Assembly: GCA_963666425.2 (NCBI GenBank)
Contig: CAXXTX010000016.1
Location: 1-61,992, forward strand
Direction: 5' to 3'
Length of the DNA stretch: 61,992 nt
Source: Bacillota bacterium
Lineage (GTDB): Bacteria > Bacillota > JAAYKD01
Positions 1-11,348 of this stretch are shown one piece after another. Under the pieces are notes generated by a model. The model was not told where the DNA came from and did no database searches. It saw only the letters and a program-made list of their open reading frames with translations. The position numbers were made by a program, and so were the translations under genes. Position 1 is the stretch's first letter. Every line of letters starts with the position of its first letter.

Positions 1-1842
1 ACCAAAATAAGCTTGATTTCCTGAAGCGCCAAACCAAACACTGCCGGCAGCAAACTGATAATTCGTCCCATTGACAACTGCGGTTTCCAAAACGGGAGTC
101 ACAATGGTGCCGCCATCTTTAAATACTACATTTTCCAGGTAATACAAGGGAACCCCGGTGGCATAACCGGTTTCGAAGGGATAAAAATCGTAAAGCTTAA
201 CTTCTTTTTGTTTGGTATTCACCTGAGACGCATCATAAGTTAAGCGCAGCCTGATCTCATCCCCTACTTTTAAGGGATAAAAACCCCTTGCATCAGCTGC
301 AATGCCGGCGCCGTTGACACTGATGATTTCCTTGGTGATCAGCGGTTTATTGATCACTGCAGAAGCCGTGGCATTAGTCTCCTGCGCCGGATAACTTCCC
401 ACTAACGTCACCGTGTCGGAGGAAGACGTATTAATTAGCTTATCATTGGCATAAATCGGTACTCCGGCCAACGCCCCCCGTGTCCATTGAGTCATCACCT
501 CGGCGCGGAATTGAAGCACTGCGGAAGCTTCTTTTAATAAGCTATCTAACGTCCAGTTCAAGACTTCACTGCCGGGACTGCCGGTATGAGAATAAGCGGT
601 AACATTCGATGCCACAGCGGTGATGGCGTAATCGGCACCGCCATAAACAGCCTGCGCTTCCAAAAAGTCCAGACCGTCTCCCATTTCATCCAGAATATTG
701 AGATCAATTAAATCATGGTACTGGGCGGCTCGAACCTGCAAGCTATATTCCAGAACACTGCCGTAACCAAGTGGGCTGCCGGAGATCAAGCTTTTTGTCT
801 TGGTCAGAATATAATCTTTTGCTACCGCATTGCGGTCCAAATTAACAAGGTTAATTGGAATGGCTATACCGTTTTTATCGGTTGAGCCTTGATAGGATGT
901 GCGGTAAGTTAAGTTGGTACCATCAGAAATTCTTACACCGGTGTTTACAACACTATTATCGGTGAGATTTTCGAAAATCGCCGAATCGTAACTGATTTGA
1001 AACTCGGCGTCCGGATCCAGCTGTAAACTCCAGGTCAACGCACTATCACCGCTGGCAGCTTGATAATAATCTTCGGTTTGCGCAAGAATTGTTCCCGAAC
1101 CGGAATTGAATCCTGACGTTAAGTTGGTTATTTCCGCACCGTTCGGAACCAAATGGCTCAAGTCAATTACGCTACTGAACTGCTGATTATTTTTTATTGT
1201 GATTACATAAGGAAAGGTATTAAAGTTATCTGCTGCTGTTGCGTCTTCTCCCGCGCCTTTTAACTGTTTCCCAGGAGACGTAGCAGTGACAGAAACGGGC
1301 AGGACAGAAACTGAAAACGTATCCTGATTATAAATTTCATCAAAATAATATGGGCTGCGGCTTGCCGAACTGGCAACTGTTGCCCCTATCTGATTAAAAC
1401 CGGTCGATTCAAGCGCAGCTGGATGATCGATATCCACCTGATAATAATCGAGCACTTTCAGAGGAATTGCAAATACAAAGCTCTGGCCCGGAGCTAAATC
1501 GGTGATATCATTCCAGACGATTTTCTGCTTGACTGCTCCCGCTACGGTTAATGATTCTTGAGAGATCGGAGAGGGATCTACAGGCAACTGCAGCTGCAAA
1601 CCATTATCCAACCAGAGTTCAAGATTGACATTGTATAACCAGTTAGTGGGATCGTTATTCTGAATTGTAACATTCACAGAGCTGGAACTGCCTAACAAAA
1701 TCGATTGGTTCCCTACTGCGACGGTAATGTCCGCATCGACAACCCCATCGGTGACATTTGCTAAAACCTGATAGTTACAAAAGCAGAGTGTAATAATTAA
1801 AATCAAAGAGATAATTTTTCTGCCAATTTTAGAAATGATCAA
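1..1842 (-). CDS. Large secreted/cell-surface protein with Ig-like conserved-repeat (DUF11/isopeptide-fimbrial-like) domains; 5' part only, runs off the window edge
   Basis: Not in the ORF track because it has no stop in the window. TTG at 1842 follows an AAGGAG RBS and the frame is open to base 1. It reads MIISKIGRKIISLILIITLCFCNYQVLA (signal-peptide-like), then beta-rich repeats such as 'GYGSVLEYSLQV...ILDEMGDGLDF' and 'LKVGDEIRLRLTY...VKLYDFYP'. Confidence 0.75.
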   Translation of the reverse strand, partial: MIISKIGRKIISLILIITLCFCNYQVLANVTDGVVDADITVAVGNQSILLGSSSSVNVTIQNNDPTNWLYNVNLELWLDNGLQLQLPVDPSPISQESLTVAGAVKQKIVWNDITDLAPGQSFVFAIPLKVLDYYQVDIDHPAALESTGFNQIGATVASSASRSPYYFDEIYNQDTFSVSVLPVSVTATSPGKQLKGAGEDATAADNFNTFPYVITIKNNQQFSSVIDLSHLVPNGAEITNLTSGFNSGSGTILAQTEDYYQAASGDSALTWSLQLDPDAEFQISYDSAIFENLTDNSVVNTGVRISDGTNLTYRTSYQGSTDKNGIAIPINLVNLDRNAVAKDYILTKTKSLISGSPLGYGSVLEYSLQVRAAQYHDLIDLNILDEMGDGLDFLEAQAVYGGADYAITAVASNVTAYSHTGSPGSEVLNWTLDSLLKEASAVLQFRAEVMTQWTRGALAGVPIYANDKLINTSSSDTVTLVGSYPAQETNATASAVINKPLITKEIISVNGAGIAADARGFYPLKVGDEIRLRLTYDASQVNTKQKEVKLYDFYPFETGYATGVPLYYLENVVFKDGGTIVTPVLETAVVNGTNYQFAAGSVWFGASGNQAYFG

Positions 1843-2212
1843 ATTGTAAACTCCTTCCGCTAAGTTAATTTTTTCGATTAAAAACCGTGTTAAAGCAAGT
1901 ACTCCTTTCTTTTTTTGTGCATAGTTTTTGCTTTTTTTGACTGTTTGCATACTTTAACTGACTGCTTGCATACTTATTCCGACTTCTTTAGATATTATTA
2001 TATAGTTTTATACATGTGAATCGTTTACTTTTAAGCTATGGCGTTTCAAAAAAGCAGTCAGCCAAAGAGGGGATTCTAGTTTATATTCAAGATGACTGTC
2101 CTGTTTCCCTCCCTAAATTAGGATACATTTTCACGACTTTTTTCATATATTTCTATTTTTATTTTTATAAACGCGTGTCGCTTCCATACGATATAATTAT
2201 CGATAACTCTCC

Positions 2213-3034
2213 CCATTAATTACGTTTGCATCTTATCATCACATTTCCCCGTTCGTCGCCCTCTACTCATTAATTACGTTTGCATCTTATCATCACATTT
2301 CCCCGTCCGTCGCCCTCTACTCATAAATTGCATTGGCGTATTAGCAACACATTGTCCAAATGTAGGGAACGGTCTTGACCGTTCCGCCGTTCTCCGTCCC
2401 TCGTCTCTCCGCCCAACAATTACATTAACATCTTATCATCACATTTCCCCGTCCGTCGCCCTCTACTCATAAATTGCATTGGCGTATTAGCAACACATTG
2501 TCCAAATGTAGGGAACGGTCTTGACCGTTCCGCCGTTCTCCGTCCCCTCATCTCCTCTCGTTCCTTCTATCTCCGCCGTCCCTTCGTCCCATCGCCGTTC
2601 CTTAACACAATATATACACCACAAAGCACTGTATCCTCGCCGGAATCATCTTCCCGCTGAATGCAGTGCTTTTCTTATGCCATTTGACAATATTTAAATG
2701 TCCTAATCAATCTGTGCCAACACCCCCGTCCCCCTGGAACATCTTATCCTTACCATTTTCCCCCTTCGCTGCCCTCTACTCATAAATTGCATTGGCGTAT
2801 TAACAACACATTGTCCAAATGTAGGGAACGGTCTTGACCGTTCCGCCGTCCCTTCGTCTCTTCGTCTCTTCGTCTCTTCGTCCCATCGCCGTTCCTTAAC
2901 ACAATATGTACACCACAAAGCACTGTATCCTCGCAGGAATCATCTTCCCGCTGAATACAGTGCTTTTCACATGCCACTTGACAATATTTAAAACCCATAT
3001 CAATCTGTGCCAACACCCCCGTCCCCCTGGAACA
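2213..3034. repeat. Composite REP-like repeat cluster 1
   Basis: GTAGGGAACGGTCTTGACCGTTCCG at 2362, 2508 and 2821, interleaved with ACATCTTATC and AAATTGCATTGGCGTATTAGCAACACA blocks. Two copies of a ~140-bp element lie at 2601-2741 and 2895-3034. Confidence 0.9.
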
Positions 3035-6000
3035 TTGAAGTCTGCTCGGCACGGAAAAAGCCATGCTCAATTTTCTCCTCACCGTCTTGCGACAGCGTTT
3101 CAATGCTGGAAAGCGGACGGCTCTTGATGACAGCTTTGATCAGGATGTCAAAACAAGCGGTAATGTCGCACTTGCTAATGTCGGACAGGCAAATGAGTTG
3201 AACATGAAAATGACGTGCAATTTCAAACATCGGTTTCAAAAGATGAGCTGAAGTGATTGGCCCAAAGGGATTATCCAGAATCAAGACACTGCTCAAACTC
3301 TTGTCACTCATCACAGTGGATGTATTGCGCGAATAGCTCATCAACGCCAAAATGACTGCAAAATAAATCACGAATTTTTCCCCACCGGAGTTATTGATCT
3401 GTGTTTCCTCCCAGCTGCGGTATTTGCAGTTTTGCGGATTGGAATCAATTTTATAGACCTGCATCGCGATATTTTCTCTGCCGATATAACGATTCAAAAG
3501 ATTCCGGCTGCCAACCACGCGGTTCGCCGCCTTGTCCAATTCGAATTCTGACGGTTCGCCGGAAAGCAGAGCAATGATATCACTGACACCGCGGTTGATT
3601 TCGTTTTGAACGGAAGCAAATGCCACGTTTTCATCCACGGCATCCGGCAAATCAAACCTCAACATCAGCTGCCGAGTGCGGTTATCAAATAATTGGACTT
3701 TGGAGCTTTCGGAAAGCTGACGAAGCTGTTCGTAAATCTGTTTCCCTTGGATCACACATTGGTGCACGAGATCTGCATGACTGCTATCAATATCTTTCAG
3801 ATCGGCTGTAATCTGAGCAATTTTCTTTTTGGTTGTATCAAGGCTGGATTTTACCTGTTCGAGGATCGTATAGTAACGATCGCCTTGTCCATTATCAGAG
3901 CGCACGAGTTCAAAAATGCTATGAATTGCATATTGAAATCGCTCATTGCCAACAGCATAGCTGGCTTCCAAGCGGCGCAGTGTTTCCATAAATTGCTGCT
4001 CTGCCTCTTGAAATGCTTTTTTACTCTGTTTGACTTTTTCACTGATCCCTCTCTTTTGCACCATCAGGTTCGCTTCCAACACAATTTCCGTTATCTTATT
4101 CGTCTGCGGATAGTCCTTGCTCTCAGTCTGCAGCATCTCTAAGCAATTGCGTGTCGTATTCAGCTGGCGTTCCGTTGCTTTTCTCTCTGCTTCCAATCCC
4201 TGTTTGCCTGCCATTTTTTCCTGCAAACGCTCCAGAAAGCGTGAACCGATTTGTTCCTTAGCGAGCGGCTCCTCCGCCAATTCTCTTACGGCTGACAAAC
4301 TTTGTTTAAACCTTGCCTCAGCCGTCGCACACTGCTTGACATCCTCTCGAATCTTGATCTCGATTTCATCCTTTAACCGTTTCAGTTGTATCTTGGCAGC
4401 GCTGAGTTCCTGTTCCAACTGCTGCGAATAAGCAACACCCTGATACAGGGCAGCCTCGCAATGACGCTTATCCACTTCCGCCTGGGCATTTTTCTTTTCC
4501 TGCAGTTTTCCTTCCAGTTTTACCTGCAGTACAGCCAGAGAATCATTTTGATTCTTGATTAAAATATGGTATTGAGCCATCAGATCCCGCCAGGAACCCT
4601 GTAAAAGTTCCGCTTGCGGAGCGTCCTTCACCTCGCTCCATACTGATGTCAGCTCAGCCAAGCGAGCCTCCAAGCTTTTCAGCAAATTCTCTGCCTGCTC
4701 CCGCCGGGAACGCCCTTGTTCGCATTCGTTCTCCAACTTCTTTGCAGAGATTTTATCCGCTTCCGCTTCGGCCAATGCCTGATAATATTGCCGATAGCTG
4801 CTTTCAGTCAGCTCGATTTTTACTTTTAAAGCCTGCAGCGCCTCAAACCAATTGCGATAGCGGCGCAGATCTTCTGTAATTTTCTTTTCGAATTCGCGGC
4901 TGGCGGCCTGCCGCTCTTTTAATTGGACCTGCTCATTCTCTAATCGTTCTCTGTGCTTTTTTTGCATGCTCAGCTCATTTTCAGTCAGTCGCAGCTGCTC
5001 TTCCTGCGTGGCCAACCAAGTAGCTTCATAATTGAACGCCGCTACGACGTCCAAGGCAAGCTGAAGCGCGCTCAAGCGCTCTCGACCTTGATCCATATCC
5101 GCAATACACTTCTGCTTTTTTGCTTCCAATTTTTCCAGGTAATGCTCTTTGTCACTAAAGTACTCTTCAGAATAAAATGCCAGCGCAACCCGCTTTTCAG
5201 ACTGGATGGCAAGCAGTTTTTCCATTTGCTCGTAACTGAACAGCGGTACCATCGCCGGCAGCCAGTCCGCAGGTTCCGCCTGCAAAAGAGTGTCCAGCGC
5301 TTTCGCATCCAGCAAGAGGCCATAAGCTGCTTCCGGATAATTCTGCAGAATCTCCAGACAGTGTTCTTTCGTCAGATTGCCATTGCTCACCGCACTGAGC
5401 AGATATTGCTCACAAGTCTGATAATTCACACCGGTGCCACTCATATAATCGATCACCGCTTTGGGCACATGCACTGTTCCACTTTTTACCGCCGCCAATT
5501 CTTCTTCTGCAATCATCACTGCTCTTTGCAGCTTGGCTTCAGTGGCATGAGACAAATTGATTTCTGCCTGCAAATAGTCTGAAAAAAGCGTTGTAAAACG
5601 ATTGGCAAAACTCAGATTGTATTGTTCTGAAATACGCAGAATACTCTGCTCTGCCGCTTTGTATTGGCCGATTAACCGCGCTATCTGCTCCTTGGCAGCG
5701 ATGACCTGGCGCTGTTTCTCTTCACACTCCCCTATTTTCAGAGGGATTTTCTCCAGTCGCTCTTCTATTTGTTTTTGCAGTTCACTGTTTTCTTGTTCTT
5801 CTGTCTGCAACTTTTCTTGCTCGATCAGCTTCGCTGTTGTGCTGGCATTCAGCGCTTCCGGATCATAGCTTCCATCCAGGCGCCGGTCAACTTTCACCTG
5901 CAAATCGGCAGCCAATCTTTCCAGTTCCTCTTCGGCAGATTCCAATTTTCCATTCAACCGAGATGCCGCTTTATCGCTTGTTTCGGCCGCTGCTTTGGCG

Positions 6001-7397
6001 GTTTGCACGGCTTTCAAGAGCTGCTCGTGTTGCCTCCTCAAAGCCGCAGCTTCTTCCGCAAGCTCACTTTGCTCTTGCCGGCAGTGTGGCAGCTCAGCTG
6101 CGATAGCGCAAGAACTGGAATAACGCAAGCCAGCCAGTTGCTGCCCGGCTTCGCTGTCGCTTTCTTTTTGTTCTATTTCGCTGCGCAGCGCACTCAATTC
6201 ATTCTCCAGTTTGCGCATCCGCTCTGCATACATCGCACATTCCTGAATCAAAAGGCTTTGCTCCGTGCTCGCCAACTCATTTTTCAGTTGATTCTCTTTC
6301 GAATGCAATTCCGCCAGAGCAGCAGACAAATCATCAAAAATCGCTTTGGTTTTGTAAAAATCTGCCGAAGCACGCTCCAACTTGATCTGTAAAACTTCCG
6401 TCTCCACAGCGGCAAGCTGGCTGCTGATTTCTTCTATCTTTATTTCCAGCGTTTTCATTTCTGTGCTCAAAGCTGCCAAAAAACCAAATAAGCAATGGAT
6501 GCTTTGCTCATACTGATCGTTCAGAGTCCAGAGTGTTTCCACCGTCGTCTGCTCGCGTTTCATCTCTTCTACGAAACGTGTTGCCGTATCTCGGAGCAGG
6601 ATTTTCTCTTTTTGTTCGCTGAATTGTTTTGCATAATTGCGAAACATGCGGCGCAGGGAATGGTCTTCTGCCTGATTTTCGGCAGCATTCAGCTTGGCCT
6701 CTATGGTGGGGAGAAATAGTTTGTCAATAATCGTCGCTGCCCGCTTGAATTCGCCAAAGAATTTACTCATGCCGCCTTCTTCAGCATTGATCCGACCAAT
6801 TGTGTTTTTCCATTCGCTCTGATAAATGCCATATTCCGTCAGCCTGTTTCGCCAAGGCGCCGTGTCATCCGAAGAGAAATACTCCAGAGCGCCGGTGCTT
6901 CTTTTGGCCAGCAAGCGGATAAAATCAAAACTTTCCGCTGTGAAATGATGATCTTCTTTTCGAGCCAACGGCATGCTGATGATATTATATTGTGTACGGT
7001 AATTACTATAATTGCTGAGAAAAGTATAATATTTTACCTGCACCCCACGCGTGTTGTCTTCGTCAGCTGAGGAAGTCTCACCGGCAGCCAGAGCAATTCC
7101 GGTCAGCAGCTTTTCCGAACTGTTATCTTTGTTCCATTCCAAAAGGATAAAACAATGATCGGTTGATTTCGTAAAAAAGCTTTCGATTTTCCGGCCGGCA
7201 ACCTGCGCTTTGGGAAGAATCGGCTGCATCATCAATTGGACCAGCACCGATTTTCCGCCGCCATTGGCTAAATTAATCAGGGTATTCAGCGCTTTGTTGG
7301 AGTTAGCGTTACAAAAATCAAATAACTCATCCGAAATCAAACGTTTGCCGTCGTTGAAAGAAAAATTAACAATTCGCACCCGATTAATCTGAGGCAT
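3000..7397 (-). CDS. jetC: Wadjet type III SMC-like ATPase JetC
   Basis: About 1465 aa from the ATG at 7397 (GAAGGGAG RBS). Walker A LANGGGKS, long coiled coil, signature NSGGEKF, Walker B LILDNPFG. Last gene of a jetD-A-B-C arrangement. Confidence 0.85.
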   Translation of the reverse strand: MPQINRVRIVNFSFNDGKRLISDELFDFCNANSNKALNTLINLANGGGKSVLVQLMMQPILPKAQVAGRKIESFFTKSTDHCFILLEWNKDNSSEKLLTGIALAAGETSSADEDNTRGVQVKYYTFLSNYSNYRTQYNIISMPLARKEDHHFTAESFDFIRLLAKRSTGALEYFSSDDTAPWRNRLTEYGIYQSEWKNTIGRINAEEGGMSKFFGEFKRAATIIDKLFLPTIEAKLNAAENQAEDHSLRRMFRNYAKQFSEQKEKILLRDTATRFVEEMKREQTTVETLWTLNDQYEQSIHCLFGFLAALSTEMKTLEIKIEEISSQLAAVETEVLQIKLERASADFYKTKAIFDDLSAALAELHSKENQLKNELASTEQSLLIQECAMYAERMRKLENELSALRSEIEQKESDSEAGQQLAGLRYSSSCAIAAELPHCRQEQSELAEEAAALRRQHEQLLKAVQTAKAAAETSDKAASRLNGKLESAEEELERLAADLQVKVDRRLDGSYDPEALNASTTAKLIEQEKLQTEEQENSELQKQIEERLEKIPLKIGECEEKQRQVIAAKEQIARLIGQYKAAEQSILRISEQYNLSFANRFTTLFSDYLQAEINLSHATEAKLQRAVMIAEEELAAVKSGTVHVPKAVIDYMSGTGVNYQTCEQYLLSAVSNGNLTKEHCLEILQNYPEAAYGLLLDAKALDTLLQAEPADWLPAMVPLFSYEQMEKLLAIQSEKRVALAFYSEEYFSDKEHYLEKLEAKKQKCIADMDQGRERLSALQLALDVVAAFNYEATWLATQEEQLRLTENELSMQKKHRERLENEQVQLKERQAASREFEKKITEDLRRYRNWFEALQALKVKIELTESSYRQYYQALAEAEADKISAKKLENECEQGRSRREQAENLLKSLEARLAELTSVWSEVKDAPQAELLQGSWRDLMAQYHILIKNQNDSLAVLQVKLEGKLQEKKNAQAEVDKRHCEAALYQGVAYSQQLEQELSAAKIQLKRLKDEIEIKIREDVKQCATAEARFKQSLSAVRELAEEPLAKEQIGSRFLERLQEKMAGKQGLEAERKATERQLNTTRNCLEMLQTESKDYPQTNKITEIVLEANLMVQKRGISEKVKQSKKAFQEAEQQFMETLRRLEASYAVGNERFQYAIHSIFELVRSDNGQGDRYYTILEQVKSSLDTTKKKIAQITADLKDIDSSHADLVHQCVIQGKQIYEQLRQLSESSKVQLFDNRTRQLMLRFDLPDAVDENVAFASVQNEINRGVSDIIALLSGEPSEFELDKAANRVVGSRNLLNRYIGRENIAMQVYKIDSNPQNCKYRSWEETQINNSGGEKFVIYFAVILALMSYSRNTSTVMSDKSLSSVLILDNPFGPITSAHLLKPMFEIARHFHVQLICLSDISKCDITACFDILIKAVIKSRPLSSIETLSQDGEEKIEHGFFRAEQTSMFQGDGGVGTD

Positions 7398-8089
7398 GCT
7401 CGGCTCCCTTCTGCATCCAGGCATGAATTTCCGTCACCCGTTTTTTCATCAAAAAGAAGGGCATCAGGTCACGCATTTTTCTGGTGGGAAAAATCCTATC
7501 TTCATCCTGTGTGAATAATTCGTCTGTTTTAAACTTAAGCAGAATTTTATTGAGCAACCCGTTTTTGGTATCGATTTTATTGGAGTCCGCTTCTCCTTCC
7601 AGCTTACCCAGCCAAGAAGAGGCCAGCGCCTTGAAATTCTCACTGTAATCTGTCTGCTGGTTTTCACCCTCCAGCAAGTTGGCTTCTGTTTGTTGGCAAT
7701 GTTCCGTGAACCGTTCTAAAAAGGCTTCTCTGCTAATAAACTCCCGCTGTTGCGGATCATTTCCTTCACCGCCGAAAAATTCAAAAATCAAATAAATCGC
7801 CAGATAGTTCAGCAGATATAAATCGCGTATTCTGACATCATTTGTCGCCTTAATGTCTTTGCGATAATCAATATTGTCCTTGAGAAATAACTCATTATCC
7901 TGGCTGGGAATCAGGTAAGCCCGGCTGCCCGTTTTCATAATCTCAAAACGAAGCACTTCTTGGAATTCATTCAGCTCATCTATCACGTCTGCTTCTTCGG
8001 CATAACTCCAAATCATCGGATCATCCGAGCGATCAATCCAACCCTTTTTTCAAAAAAGCCTGATACACCTCTAATGTCTTGCGATTCAT
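7384..8089 (-). CDS. jetB: Wadjet type III JetB (DUF6063-like); +1 frameshift at ~8045-8050
   Basis: The ATG at 8089 overlaps the jetA stop (ATGA). Removing one base from the A-run gives MNRKTLEVYQAFLKKGWIDRSDDP in frame with ORF 7384..8016. Contains 'YLIP..DNELF' and lies directly upstream of jetC. Confidence 0.7.
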
Positions 8090-9628
8090 TTGATTACCTC
8101 AATTTCAAAATCAGTCAGCGTAATAGTCCTGCTTTCTTCGCCTCTTTGCACCAAAAAGCTGCATTCCTGTTCCAGTTTACTAAACACGATCTTCTTCATC
8201 CGATGGTCTTCCGCCGGTGTTCTTGTTAAACACCAGGCTAATTCAAATTCACCCAGTGGTTCCACTACGATTTCGTTGGCAGCCTCCCAACCGGCAATGT
8301 CCAATTCCTGCATGGCATACATCGAAAGCAGCACCTGCGGTAGCGCATTCTCGCTGCAGAAGCTCATTATTTCCAAAATGCTGAGCGAGGCGATATATTC
8401 ACTAACGGTAAAGCGTGTTTTTATCACTGGCATAATGAAAGAAGTGGCGACAAATCAGACTAAACCGACGATTACGCTCTTCCCGACGGATTTCTTCGTG
8501 ATTTTCTCCCTCGCTCAAATCAAAGCCTTCCTCCGCCTCCGCCTCTTTCAATTTCCGCTGCGGAGCGTAGAAATTTTCGATGCTGAAATAATCGTTGAAG
8601 AGCGGTTTGGTAAGAGGAAACAAAAGATATTTCGCTGCATCCCCCAACGCATCACCTAAATGGCGAAGTGGCTCCATCAATTCCTCTTGCATATTGAACC
8701 GCTTGTAATTCAGCATGACATAACTTTCGTCCAGCAGCTGGCTATAAGAATCCGCCAGAGAAGATTTTTTATTGATTAATACTCTTTGTTCACTGACTGT
8801 CAGTGCAATATTGCGCAAAATCTCATCCAGCTGGAATTTATGCTTTTGCGTTTCTTCCACATTCACACCGGTTTCGATGGCCTCCATCAATTTTGCCGAT
8901 TGCTCTCTGGCGTTTTTCTGGATAATCTCCAATTCCAGATATTCGTTGTCCAAAAGGCTGCGCACGCGCTGAATGATTGCTTCGTATTCATCCACCGTAA
9001 TTTTAGCCAAGCTTTCACGACAACGAAACAAAAAATCGTCCATACTGGTCTTCATATTGCGGATACGATTGACCAGCTCGCGGCTCTGATCCAGCGCTTT
9101 TTCGTAATTGTTGCGCTTCATATACTCTGTCATCCGAAAACGAGTCACGGAATAATCCAATTCGCTTTCAATTTCTTTGGAGCGATAAAGGAAATCGAAG
9201 GCGTCATCCGTCAAATGATAGCTGCCTTTTTCTTCGTTGAGCAGCCGGATCGTCATATTCGCAAAACTTTCGCTGCGGCTGTAAAATGTGCGATATTCCG
9301 CCAGTACCCCACCGTTTTGCAGAATTTCAATCACAATATGTTTAGCCAATAGCTCTGCATCCACGCTAGAGTCGGGCAGAATTTCTGTAATTTCCTGAAT
9401 AAACCTCGCTATGTCGCTCATCGTGCATTTCTTCTCGTCGCTCAGGGTGCGATCCATGATAAAGACCAGTACTGCCAAGACCAGATTGTCCAGGATCATG
9501 CGGTCTGGAATCATGACTCGGATGGACTCCGGATATTTGTATTCAAGCAGACTCTTGACAATATTGATGAATTTCATACGTTTCTCAAAATCGGCAAGCA
9601 AATCCGCCGTCTCTCTCCTGAATGCCAT
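8086..9628 (-). CDS. jetA: Wadjet type III JetA (kleisin-like); +1 frameshift at ~8418-8422
   Basis: ORFs 8402..9628 and 8086..8433 join if one A is removed (GAT AAA ACA CGC). Helical protein with 'YHLTDDAFDFLYRSKEIE', positioned between jetD and jetB. Confidence 0.7.
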
Positions 9629-9632
9629 CTTC

Positions 9633-10660
9633 TTACCTCATGCTTTCCAACAGCACCGCATAAGAAACGACCTCTTGCGGCACCCTCTTGTTTTGCTCCA
9701 AATATGTGGTCAGTTCCTGCTGCGCTTGTTCAGAAAACAAGGTGAAGATTTCGGTATAATCCATTTTTTTGCTCGCGGTGATCTTGACTATTTGGGACAA
9801 CCCGATTGCGGACACGCAGCAGCATCTGCTCATACCCTGCAGTAAAAAGGCGAATGTTCACTTCTGAGTTCGCACGCACCACACGTAAATAAATGTTCAG
9901 ACCTTCGCGATCGATGTCACCCCAATAAAGAAAATCGACCGCGGCTCCTTTATAAAACTGGGCATAGGAAGTAACAGCGCCCGGTTCGGAGACGCGGTTG
10001 CCACAGCCGAAAACAACACCGTCCCAGCGCCACGCCGAACAGTGTGGCTGCATGGTCCTCAAACATCCTGCGCCGAAGATTAAACCAGATATCCTTATTC
10101 TCACAGATCAGCAGCGTCATTTTCTCTTTTCTGATTGGAATGTAATCCGGAAAGCAGTAGTCCGGCGTATCGTAAAACTGTAAGGTATCGCTCGTGATGC
10201 CAAGACGAGCTAAAAAATCAATAAAATCTCGCTCGTCCAGCGTCTTCTCTTCTCCAAAAATCTGAAACGCACGTTCCTTTTTGGAAATTGGAATCGTCTC
10301 AGCGTTTGCGTTAAAAAAAAAGCGGTTCAATCGCAGCAAATTCGCCTGATGCTTCTGGTATTCCTGTGGTTTTCTGCGCAAATAACCATTACTTTGCAGC
10401 TTAGGGTGCAAGGCATCTATGGCAGCAAACTCATTGCTGTAATCGGATTGCTCCGTTAAAATTCGATACTTCAAATAGACCGGAAAGCTTAAATTCCCGT
10501 TGGTCCCTGAAGAAAAGATCGGCAGAAGTACGCCGTCATTTTCACAAGCTTTGATCGAGCGATATAGTTCTTCATCCGAACAAAAAGCCATCATTTGTTT
10601 GATCTCGTCTTTGCTGATGGTTTTCTTGTTCCTGTTTTTCAACTCATGACTTAAATTCAT
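9633..10660 (-). CDS. jetD: Wadjet JetD Toprim nuclease (DUF2220-like); two +1 frameshifts (~10023-10025, ~9764-9770)
   Basis: Three ORF pieces join into one ~340-aa protein with 'KERAFQIFGEEK', 'LLICENKD', 'DGVVFGCGN' and the Toprim motif 'YWGDIDREG'. GGAGGGG RBS. Confidence 0.8.
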
Positions 10661-11348
10661 CCATACCCCTCCAAATGAAACTGCAATGTCAAAGAATTAG
10701 CACGCGGATATATCTTTGGTATTCGGATTCTTTACATCAGTATACCATGCTTTTATGAAGAATTCTATGACATTTAGGCAAAGTGTGATCTTGTATGGAA
10801 TGCCCAAAACTATTCCGCTGCTTCTTTGTCTCTTCGCCTATTCGCTTCTCGTCCCCTCGTCTCTTTCCCTAGCAATTACATTAACATCTTATCCTTAACA
10901 TTTGCTCGTCCGTCGCCTCTACTCACAAATTGCATTGGCGTCTTATCCTTAACATTTCCCCTTCGTCGCCCTCTACTCATAAATTGCATTGGCGTATTAG
11001 CAACACATTGTCCAAATGTAGGGAACGGTCTTGACCGTTCCGCCGTTCTCCGTCCCTCGTCTCTCCGCCCAACAATTACATTAACATCTTATCCTTAACA
11101 TTTCCCCGTCCGTCGCCCTCTACTCATAAATTGCATTGGCGTATTAGCAACACATTGCGCAAATGTAGGGAACGGTCTTGACCGTTCCGCCGTTCTCCGT
11201 CCGTCGCCTCTACCCCCAACAATTACATTAACATCTTATCCTTAACATTTCCCCGTCCGTCGCCCTCTACTCATAAATTGCATTGGCGTATTAGCAACAC
11301 ATTGTCCAAATGTAGCCAGCTATCAAACGTCAAGTGGCAAAACGAAAA

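Noticed and set aside
2703-3127. Short ORFs in repeat clusters (also 10826, 12712, 13454-13994, 21639-22303, 55030-55955, 61006-61860)
   Set aside because: They are translations of repeats with recurring peptides (RNGQDRSL, CANTPVPLEH) and have no RBS.
3000-7397. Housekeeping Smc/SbcC
   Set aside because: The operon with a Toprim JetD and JetA/B-like genes, and the motif variants, fit Wadjet.
8045-10025. Programmed ribosomal frameshifting in jet genes
   Set aside because: The four sites have different contexts, including a GGG run, and the same error type occurs in unrelated genes.
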